DNA of 22,983 nucleotides from Perkinsus olseni (Eukaryota): NCBI GenBank assembly GCA_013115125.1, contig JABANN010000063.1, positions 62,001 to 84,983 of the forward strand, read 5' to 3'. Shown piece by piece: positions 9,544 to 19,512 of this stretch (position 1 is its first letter; each line of letters starts with the position of its first letter). The notes under the pieces were generated by a model. It saw only the letters and a program-made list of their open reading frames with translations, ran no database searches and was not told where the DNA came from. The position numbers and the translations under genes were made by a program.

Positions 9544-12500
9544 ATGGCGACCACGCAAGGATAACAAGCTGACATGATGTTGTCAAATTCGTTGGTAGTT
9601 GATATCGACTTCAGGCCGGGAGTACTTCCAGGGTGAATACGAGAAGCAAATGAAGGAGGAATTGATGGCTAAGTTGGCTGATGCTGCAGTGCAGGGGCTC
9701 GCTAGGGACTTTGATGAGGTGGGCTCATCGCTCCGGGCTCCATCGCGCGCAGGAAGGGTCGGGCCTGCTCGGTTCTGGAATCCCTTCCATCCACGTTTAC
9801 TGTGCGGGCGGTCGTTGGTACGTGCTCTCCTAGTTTTAATTTCGTGGCGCGCGGTCATGCGTGGTCGTTCCTGTCATCTTTGCGTAGCAGAAATTGGGTA
9901 GAAGAGAGTGAACGCTGGTCCTGATCTCGCGCAGGTGAAAGCCCGGCTCCGAGATGAAGTGATTCGGATGGTAGGGGAGGAGGTCCATCTGAGTTATGCT
10001 AGCCAGTGGCGCGATGAGATGTGAGGGGCGTAACGTTTGGCTGAGGGGTGGTCACTGGAATGATGAAGCCAGGGCTGGCTTTTTTATAGTTCTTGAGTCG
10101 CTAAGAGAACTGAATTTTGATGACTGTCTTCGTCTTTGCATCGCTAACTGCTACAAAATTTCTCGTCATCGTTGTTGGTGCTCCCGACTCGGGAGTCCCG
10201 AGAATGCGTCTACTAGGTTTGCTAAGTCATGTTAAATTTGCTCCTAGTTTTCTAAGATGGAAACTGCATAAAATTTCTCCCCGAAACCGCTAAGATGTCG
10301 GGATGGTGGCAGCGATGATGAGTGTTATGAAGAGCGCCTTTGTGTCGACAAGGAGGGCTCTCGTGTTCGGATACATACTTGATCGACGCTTCTGTCGTCG
10401 TTAAAGGACCCAGAATCCATTGCGAACTCGGGGGGCCGTCTCCGGAACACCTAACGCGACGGTTGCCGGGATGGCGGACGGAAAACTCAGCTGCGATCGC
10501 TTCCACTCCTCACGACCGTCAAATGGTTCTCTCGCGTAGCTTTCCGACAGCGGCCCTCACCAAGGCCACTGGTGATGGCAGCTGCCGTCTCGGGTACTGG
10601 GGAAAGCCCCGAGTTGCCGTAGAGTCATAGTATATTTCATAACCGATGACTGTTTGTCATGGCCACGATTGTGTCGGTTCCTTTCAGGTTCGAGCGGCTT
10701 AAAGCGGATGTAACAATGAAGATGGTGCGAGAGGAAGTCGCTAACGCTATGGACCAGCACCTAGAGGAGGCCTCAGACAAGGTTATCACTCTTCTTCCCA
10801 TCCCTCGGTAGTTGGTGATGATCTCAGATGCAGCGACGGTTCGAGGCTGCTATTGGTGGCTTGAAGGTCGACATGTGTGACAGAGCGTCCGTTGCTGGTA
10901 TGGTAGAAGAGGCCCGCCAGGAGTGGTCGGAGGCTTCGACCAAGAGGTCTGATGGGGGTCGATAGGCCAGGGTTGTCATGGCCTCGTCTAGGTTCGATGA
11001 AGTATCTAGAGCACTTGCCGATGTCCATGATCGGCTACAGGGCCATGCTCAACAGCTTCGCGGGGAAATTACTTCTTCACAGGCGAAGGTGATCTCTTGT
11101 TATCTAACTTATCCTGAGGGAGTATCTCATTATCAAGCTCGCCGGCTGATGGTCAACCTTTCTAGTTGTAGAGAATGTAGTAGCAGATCGGGCTCGTAGT
11201 GACTGAGACAGAGCAGATAGAGTTGGGGGCGGGGGGCGTTAGTGACTGGACCCTAGTATGGGGGGCTACTTGGCACAGGACCGCCTCATGTAGTGCAAAG
11301 CATAGAACGTAGATGCCCGCATGAGTGTCTTTTCCGATCTTGAGGAGCTCCTGTCGTTGGCCAGGTCCTGGGAGTGCTGGCTGAGACTGGCGATGAGCTG
11401 GCCCGAAGGATCGAGCTACAGTCATCATCATCATCGCCACCACAGGTAGCTGGGGCCTGTGAGAGGAGGCTCGGCGATGTGGGCCTGTGCAGGTTGGAGG
11501 TGATACTCAATCGCAACTGAGCGGGGATATTAACAAGTGAGCCAGGTCGTCGTCTTTTTGGCGATCCTTTCACTATTATTCTGTCCTCTACTCGAGCCCG
11601 ATACTACCTCGACCCCCAGAGTTGGGCGATGGGTGGTAGCACTACTCAGCATACCCTCCGCTGGAAAGGTTCGATGATGGTCCGCAGTCTTTTAGTATTT
11701 CCTCTTCCCACTTGTGGTTTATGTATGGCATTTTCGATTGTTTATGTACCTACTTTGTGATCAACGGCCACCCCTCAGCGATCTCCTTTCAGACTCCAAA
11801 TTAGCGTTGATGGTGCTGAGCTTCGAGTGGCGGCGGCCGAGAGGAAATTGAGCGTACTCGAGGAGAAACTGATCGACGCTGAGAACTGTGAGGGGGGGGG
11901 GCAGCTGGGCTAGTTCCCGCGTTGTTCAACTGTTGGGGGTGCTAGTAGCACCGTGCTACCATCCCCGATGCTCTCGACCGTCGGTGTCACTTCTGGGCGG
12001 AAGTTGAGGCTTTCGACCGACGGAGCGCTTGCCAGGGGGGGATGGAATCATTCGAATAGGGCAATTGCCGTGACGGAAGAAGTTCTGCCGCGATGTTGCT
12101 GTACTTCAGCACTCACCTCGACCATCTCTAACGTCGCTGAGGAGCTAGACGCGGCCACAGCAGAGAACACCGAGTCCATAGCGAAGTTGAAGGAGTCTGT
12201 TGGGGGCCTTGAAGAAGCCATAGAAGGCATTGCAGGGAGCCTGGAGGCCTCAGAGGGCAGACTACTGAAGGAGATCAGTGATAAGGCCGGCAGAGAGGAA
12301 GTGGAGGGCATGCTGAGGAGGGTGAAGGCGGAGGCTAAGGCACCTACTGGGCCGCCGGTGGACGTGGTAAGAGGCGAAGGGGGGCGTCGTTAGATTAGAT
12401 AACTCATCAGGAGTCGTTTAAAGTGGTTGTTGAGCGGTGATCACAGCTGTAACATAAGTACGTGAGCTAGGTCAGCCGGGGGGAGTCCTGAAAGGAATCA

Positions 12501-14831
12501 CGGAGGGAGACAGTAAATTGTATACAACAACTCCTCACGGGCGTCCAGTAGCTACCCTGGGTAGAGAGGGTCGCTGGTGAAGGTGTGGTATGCTTTTTTC
12601 GAAGGGATAGTACTGTTTTAATCTAATTTTTGTTGTGATTACAGACTCTGATGAAGAGAGCAAACATTATTTCATAGCGGTGTTGTGGCCATTTCTGGCT
12701 TAGAGGTATCTTAGGTCGACTATGGGCTTCCGCAGAATCGAGTTTGCTGTGAATTGTTAGAAATTTCCGTGCTCAGGATACCAACTCGGCGCTAAGACTC
12801 AGTGAAATCACTACGCAGCTGGAGAAGCACCTTCAAGAGGCGTTGCAGCCGCTGGAGGGCAACTTGCAGGACCTCGAGGCCCGTACTAAGGGTCGGATGG
12901 AGTCACTTAGTGTGAAGGTGGAAGATGGTCAGAAGGCATTGGAGGAGAACATTAAAGGCGTTGGCAACAGGTGGGAAATATATCGGGCGATTCTGTACTA
13001 TGCAAACTGCGATCGTCGGTCAACGATCTGAGTCCTTTCACCCATTCCCAGAATCGGTGAGAAAAGTTTCAGCTCCTGTCGCGGTTCATTGCCTTATGAT
13101 TCTTGTTGGCTCTACTGCTCTTCTTATTAACCCAACTTCGAGTGGTCCCGCTGAGCGTAGGAGGTCGTCGCCGTATAAAATTGGAAAATAAGGGCTCGAG
13201 CGTGGTTGGGATCATCACTTTCGAAACCACATTTGGTCGCTTCATCGTAGTGTAGTATGTCTTGCCAATGGTGAATTGTTACTCCTGAGGGTGCTTCCCT
13301 CAGGATCGACAGTCTGGACCTTAGAGTGTCGCAACTAGAGCAACCGTCGCAGACGACCACCGGTCCTTCGAGGGAGCCCTCCATCAACCCAGTCAAAGGC
13401 ACAGTCGTCGAGGAGGATATTCGCGAGCTGCAACGGAGGTAATTGGGGGTACACCGGCTGTCTTCATGACCCTGGTCTGAAAAAAATGTTATGAAAAAGC
13501 GGTTTGAAGAGCAAAAAATCTTCAAAAAAAGCGCTCACGAAAAAAATATTCTCTTCCGTTGCTTGTTCCTGGATTTACGCTCTTGGCTTTTCCTAAATCT
13601 TCGAGTCATCGTAGTGGTGTCGTAATGGATGGTCGTGCTTGAACTTAATCGCCCTGGGCGGGAAGGCTGACTGCTCGGCAAGTAACCAGAACATAAACTG
13701 TCCATGGTGAATGTGGAGACATTGAGGTGTCCCTTAGGATGGCCGATGTCGAAGGGCTGCGATCGGAGGTGGAGGTCGTCCGGAGGGACGTCCAGGAGGC
13801 GGCCCGGCCACTACTCGGTGAGTCTCGCTCGCCCATGGACGGCTCATCCTGCCGGCCCGGCAGGATACAGAGATGCCAGGTCGAACATACAGAGGGACGT
13901 GGCGGGGCTTCAACCCCTCTGTGGCATATAGAGGGACGCTCACGAGGCAACATACAGAGATGCCCTCCTGCCCGGCAGTGCCGGGCAGCAGGAGGGCATC
14001 TCTGTATGTTGCTGTTCGTCTAAGAGTTGAGGTTGAGGGGTGTGGAGCCAAGCTGTAGTGGTCCTCAGGGTGATGATGCCCATTGGTCTTTTATCGTGAT
14101 AAACCTCGTAAATGATTTCAAAGTCCAGCTATGAATGGATTGTGATTGTGCCGTTCTCCTCTACAGCTCTGTCATCAGTATTGTGTCGATACGGGCTTGT
14201 CTCGAGCATTCTCATACGCTTCTTCTTCCCTGTTGTGCCGGTCCATAACGAAGGTATCGTTTCTCTTCAGCAACCGTTGTGGATGCTGGGGCGCCGTCTG
14301 AGAGCAGCTCGAGTTTGATGCAGCAGTTGGTGGAAACCTGTCTGCAATGGCGGTCTGAAATTCAGAAAGCCCGGACTTCAATGCGAGAGCAGCGCGAAGG
14401 CAGCGAGGAGGTCCAGCATATCTTTGAGAGTCTTCGAGGTCGGAAGGTGACTGTTCAGGTTCAGGAGGCATTAGACGACTGTCGTGACCGCGTCGATGCT
14501 CTGATGAGGGACGTGGAAGCGGCTGTTGGGGAGATCTCACGGTAGGCAGTTTTGTAACGGATGGTGTGGTATGGACGCATCGTCTCTCAGCTGGGTGGCC
14601 CAGCGCAGGCCTTCTGAGGAGGCAGAGATCGAGCGCATGTTCCTAACTTTACACGGTAAGCGTATAAGAGCTCTTGCCACCGTCATCATCGTCTTTCCGG
14701 CTTCAGACGAAGTCATCACTGAGAAGCCTCTTCGGTTGGTGGATGCTGCCCGAGATTTGTGCGCAGAGTTGTCTAGGATTAGACCAGCACCAGCAGCAGC
14801 AGCTCGTCCCCCTTCGGGTGCCTTTACATGA
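9544..14831 (+). CDS. Large multi-exon (about 13) coiled-coil protein of unknown function
   Basis: A chain of AG/GT-bounded exons has heptad-rich translations. Approximate positions: 9632-9718, 9935-9970, 10688-10724, 10966-11088, 11792-11887, 12109-12366, 12777-12970, 13303-13438, 13738-13818, 14271-14541, 14591-14655 and 14707-14831 (stop). The start (ATG 9544 or 9650) and some internal junctions are unresolved. Confidence 0.65.
13846..14012. repeat. Intronic cluster of palindromes/inverted repeats including a 66-nt near-perfect hairpin
   Basis: 13947-14012 has 25-bp perfect arms GCAACATACAGAGATGCCCTCCTGC / GCAGGAGGGCATCTCTGTATGTTGC around CCGGCA-G-TGCCGG. 13846-13866 is ATCCTGCCGG-C-CCGGCAGGAT. 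The ATAYAGAG(ATGCC|GGACG) motif occurs four times on + and once inverted. Confidence 0.9.
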
Positions 14832-15192
14832 CCAAAGTCTTTACAACGATGTCCAACTTCAACACGACTTGTGTTGCAGTTGTAACCAGCCTCTTCTGCT
14901 TGAGCGATCTCCCGTCGCCTGTTTCTAAAACTTGAAGCTGTTTCTGGAGGTTGTGACTAACCCGAGTTCCGTATCGTGGATCGTTTAGTGGTCCAGAGTT
15001 AGTTTGCTCGCTCTCGGCTTGCGCGTTGCTATTGGCTGATACGGGCGCACAACATCAGTACCTGGGACGAGAACAGGGAGCGGAAACTTCGGGGAACTCC
15101 GAAATCGACCGAAATTGTCAACAATAGACCCGTGTAATTTCGAATCTGATCGCTCGTATGACAGTCTGAGTCGCGCCCGCTGTCTTCATCTG

Positions 15193-16619
15193 ATGAGGTC
15201 CTCAGCGTAAGGAGAATGAACTTTGAGACTGCGGATGGCTGTCATTGGTATTTCTCGACACCTTATCGTCTGTGTTGGGAATGTTATGGTTTTCGGTCCA
15301 GAACGAGTACAACTTATGTAACGTCCGGTTGGTACTGAGGCGTATCTAATGTCGATCCTTGCTCATCTCGCAGAGGTTGAAGATTCCCCGATTGCCAATG
15401 GACCACGGCCGGCGTACATCCAATCTACTCGGCTATCTGGAGAGGATTCGCGATAGAGCTCGACGCGACGTCACCATGGGCGTCACGGCCGACGCACTGT
15501 AAAGGATTCTCCTCTACGCTCGAGGATTCCCCTACCGGCTTCAGACGAGCCAACGCTGAGGAGAGGAGAAGGCGGGCAGCGAGGCGGCGAGAGCGGAAGA
15601 TCATCGCTAGAGCAGCGAAGCACTCGGAGCCGATCGAAATTGAGAACAGTCCGAGGCGAGAGAATGGTGGGATGGAGGGCTATTAAGGCTCGGCACTCGT
15701 GATTGGATGGTCCATGGCGAAGTTCAGCTGCTCTGCCCGAGGATGAGGGTCCCCCGCTTCCACTGGTGTCGAGCATGCTCTCAGCGGCGGAGTTGGAAGA
15801 TCTCCTCGAAACCCGGACAGAGAGGATACAACCTGTGAAGACTGTGAGGGACGCGGCGAGTAGTTTGCAGGACGCTGCCGACCTGACATCCCCATGCTTC
15901 CTCTTTGAGCTCAGTTCAATCTGGCGAGGGGTGGACCCTGTCTTCCCCCGACACACCTCCGGCCTTCGGTGAATCAATCCGGACAAATGGAGAGCTCCCG
16001 GGTGACGATGCTGTTGATAGTCGAGTTCGCTTCAAGTTTTGTTGTTGATTTTATCGGTCGAGTTTTATTCGATTGGCTCGCGTCCAGTTGCGCCAGCGGT
16101 CCTCGTCGAATGGAGGGCGACTGTGAAGGAACTCCTCTCCCTCGTGAAAGAAGCCGAGGGCTGCGACGTCCCTGAGGAGGAGCTGGGAGAGCTACGTCAG
16201 ATGGTGAGAGAAGGGCACCTCCTCCGTGCTGTCGACTCAAACTAGGACAACAGCCAAGTAGATTGAAGGGAAAGTTTTGAGTATTATCGATGCTGTTCAC
16301 GACTATTGAGTATGGCTAAAAGACGCACTCGTCGCGCACATACGCTGCAATAATCGTTCACCCTCCATACTTTACCGGAAGCCTGCAGGGCGTTCTTCTT
16401 CAGGTTTCGGTGGACTTGGAAGAGAATTTCATCAGCCCCTTAGTGGCAGGGATCCTCGGAAGACTCGTGGACGAGGAAGCAGCGCGGCTTCACCACAAGA
16501 TTCTGCTACGATCGACCGCAGAGGCGGCGGCACATAACATTAGCGACGAGGACTCTGTCGCGGCTTCCTCCTTGCCGCCGGAGATTGAGCACTTACGCAT
16601 GAAATATTCGGTTTCCTGA
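15193..16619 (+). CDS. Hypothetical multi-exon protein with an Arg-rich segment (may continue into the Hog gene)
   Basis: Exons 15193-15206, 15302-15317, 15374-15498, 15545-15666 and 15728-15968 join in phase (MRSSATSTTYRLKIPRLPMD…LRANAEERRRRAARRRERK…). Later exons at about 16088-16240 and 16404-16619 are evident, but their junction phases are not fully resolved. Confidence 0.55.
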
Positions 16620-16661
16620 GAGGCAGCTGTTCTGATTTAGTGGGCGAGTGGTATTGAAACA

Positions 16662-16742
16662 GGAATCTTAGGTCGAAGCTAGGATGGAATCTTAGGTCGA
16701 AGCTAGGATGGAATCTTAGGTCGAAGCTAGGATGGAATCTTA
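16662..16742. repeat. Perfect 24-nt tandem repeat, 3.4 copies
   Basis: GGAATCTTAGGTCGAAGCTAGGAT occurs at 16662, 16686 and 16710, plus a partial GGAATCTTA at 16734. There are no spacers. Confidence 0.97.
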
Positions 16743-16999
16743 CGACACCCTATTGGGTGGGCACCTGCGACCCACACCCTAACACCATTAGGGTGTATCC
16801 TCATAGTAGCACAAGAGTCGAGTAGCTTGGAGATGCAGCAAAGCATCGTCACTGCTGCTTACGACCATTGAGGTGTGCCAAAGAAGACATTCACGCTTGT
16901 ACATAGTCTAAAAGGGTTACAAGTGCCTGGTGCCGGTGTTCGTGGACGTGCAGTGTGTAACCTCGGCCAAGCCTCGGCCAGCAGTATTGTGAGCCCTGG

Positions 17000-18538
17000 A
17001 TGGTCATCAGCCCGTCTTCCTTCGTCGTGGCATCACATCACGGTGCACTGCATCAGATCCCCTACGAGAAGGAAGCTCAAGTCCTCAACATCAATGGTCA
17101 GACCTTTACCTGCAACAGAGGCGACATGGAGGGCTGCATCAGAGAGTGCGCGTAAGATTCCATATTAACACCCGCGAACAGGAAGTTTTCGAAGGCGGCG
17201 AGGTGGAATTTTCGTCCTTCATCACTGATGAATCATCAGCCCGTTCTTGATTCTTGGCGTATTTTGGAGTCATTTTCGTCTCACACCGGGCGTGAACGGA
17301 CTTGACACTCTCGGCAACAACCCACACTCAGTTTTATTCAGTCGACAGTTCCCACCGGCGGATCAGCACAAATGCGCCACAGCGATTGAGAGGGAGATGG
17401 GCACCCTGCCGCTGTGCTTCCCTTCCACAGCGAGAGTTAGAGTGAAGGCGAAGGGAGAGATCTCTGTGGCTGAGTGAGGCGATCTGTTGCCGTAGCAGTG
17501 CTCGAAGGGGGATGAATTGGCTCCGCACAATCGAACTACGTTTCAGTTTTGTGCTCAGTCTGGACAAAATCAGAATGATTTTGCCCAATGGGCAAAGGGG
17601 GGTTTTCGGCAATGTCAACTTTTGATTGAGCAGCATCGGGGTGCTCATCGTCACCTCCTACGGGATTCCCCACCATATCAAGTACCACTGAGCCATACAT
17701 CTTCTATCGCGGCTCGCCGGTTTGATTCGCCAGTTACGATGTTAGGATATTTACTCGCTCAAGGGCTGCGGCGTCTCGCGCCATTGGCATCCTATTCTCA
17801 TACAGCGAGTGTTCGGTTAGTGATAACGACGTCACTGGCGCATCTCAGGTTGAAGCTAGGAGATCTCGTTCTCACTGGTGAAGCTAATGAAGTGGCCAGC
17901 TTCCAGAGACTCGTCACTTGGCTGCATTACAGCCCTGAGGATGTAGGTAGGCAGCAGTACCATCTCCATCTAGCTTCCCTATTGGCGTGCCGGTCCGGTC
18001 GGTACTTACCTCCAATTCCAACTAAGGGCGAGCAAGCGGACGTTCATTACCTCAGCAGAGCATCTGACCTACGACCCGGAAGCTTCCGATTTCGTCAGAG
18101 CCGACCAGGCCCGCTCGGTCTGCCTTCTAAACCCATTGGAGGGGACGTGCACCGGAGTGTCATCGATTGCAAAATCGTCGCCAGTCCATTGCAAAGGTGA
18201 GTGCAACATTCTGACACCTCTAGCTATGCTTCTGTATCAGGTGTTTACTGCCCTCTGACGACCAGCGGCACCATAATAGTGGACGATGTTCTCTGCAGCT
18301 GCTTCGCTTCACCTGAGTGTATCCCCTTCACAATCAGGTATGGCTTCCCCCATTGACATTCCCCAGTTTCCTTCTCAGTCACCGAGCAGCCCTCATCGTC
18401 ACATCCCCAATACGTTTCTCGTCCGTTGAGAGCACCCCAGCGTACACGGACATTCATCCGCACTGTCGTTGGCTCATGGACGCGACGTCCGCCATTACCA
18501 CGCTGCGGCCTTGGTGGCAACTGCCTCGTTGGGGCTAG
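17000..18538 (+). CDS. Hog-domain protein: Cys-rich N-terminal domain + Hedgehog-type Hint autoprocessing domain + sterol-recognition-like region (5' end uncertain)
   Basis: Exons are about 17000-17151, 17342-17473, 17849-17942/6, 17974/18002-18196, 18241-18337 and 18379-18538. The spliced product is …EREMGTLPL-CFPSTARVRVKAKGEISVAELKLGDLVLTG…LVTWLHYSPEDVGTYLQFQLRASKRTFITSAEHLTY…FVRADQ…KGVYCPLTTSGTIIVDDVLCSCFA…SHRAALIVTSPIR…DIHPHCRWLM…*. This matches the Hedgehog C-domain pattern CFP…L..GD.VL / LT..HL / G.YAPLT..GT..V..VLASCYA / H..A…F.P.R / GIHWY..LL. Confidence 0.88.
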
Positions 18539-19512
18539 CGAAGCGGATTCATGCGGGTTTGTGAGGAATATGAAGACCTCTATCTCTCATGAGGGACATG
18601 AAGCTGATGTGAATGTCTTGCGTCGTTGAACCGGCTTTTATTCATGATACGGTTTGGTTGTCGAGTACAGACCATAAGGAAACCGCAGTGATCAGTAATA
18701 GTACTGCAGATTGAGTCCCACCGAGTGAGGATGTCGAAGTTGACAGCGTAGCTTCCTCTTACCAGTATGAAAGGGCTTCTGTGGGCCCACCATGCCACTA
18801 TCATTCGAGTGCAAAGTGACTGATCAGCAGCCGAGAATATCCGCTGCTCGAGAGCAATACCATTCCGATCGAGCTGGATGGTGAGCAAGTACCGCACACA
18901 AACGTCATAGACTAGCATTCCCTCCACTGTGATTCGACCTTCCCAATTCATTGCACATAACTTAGGGCGTTGGGTATGCCAAAGATGATCGATATTTGAA
19001 ATGTCCGTCTCTCAACCTCGCGAGTGTTACTATTCTATTGACGTTAAGAAGCTCTCCACTTTCTATCATCTACTGCCCTCTCTTCGCCACACGCGAACAG
19101 TCCTCCTAGAACTGCTTGTCAATACTATCGACAACGCGGGACATGCCTGGCCGCGGGACGAGTTCTCGTTGGTTATTTTTGTGTGAGTTTCGAGTCCACC
19201 GCCGACAATACGGCTAGCACCTCTTATGAGGGATTATTTGTGCTTCACGCAGGTGGTCGGCCGATGAACCAACTCACCCGGATAGCAACTCATCGTGACT
19301 TCGGTGGGGAGCGGATGATACGCTTGGCCAAGAGAGTGCTGGGTTCTTTCACTAGCAAACACAAGGCATGACAGAATGCGTGGTCAACCTGTAATGGGCA
19401 GTAGTACTGTATCAACGGGCAATCACAAACTGCACTCATACGTTTTACACGGCAGACTGATCAGAAAACTACGTCGATCGGGCGCCAACAGACACGTTAC
19501 GAGAAACTTCGA

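Noticed and set aside
14070-14140. Intronic box C/D snoRNA (GTGATGA…)
   Set aside because: There is no properly placed CTGA box D or terminal stem, and no recognisable rRNA antisense element.
15190-15225. Hammerhead ribozyme core (CTGATGA…)
   Set aside because: There is no GAAA after a closable stem II and no stems I/III. The site overlaps a plausible start codon and splice donor.
15545-15970. PAXBP1/GCFC-like assignment from the AEERRRRAARRRE segment
   Set aside because: The similarity is confined to a low-complexity Arg-rich stretch, and the downstream conserved GCFC motifs are not seen.
16662-16742. CRISPR array
   Set aside because: The repeats are head-to-tail with no spacers, the context is eukaryotic, and there are no cas genes.
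17517-18200. 227-aa ORF as a standalone gene
   Set aside because: It is mostly intron read-through. Only 17849-17946 is in the Hint reading frame.
18580-19371. ORFs between the Hog and EXD2-like stop codons
   Set aside because: There are no recognisable motifs or coherent exon structure, and they cannot be distinguished from chance ORFs in a convergent intergenic region.
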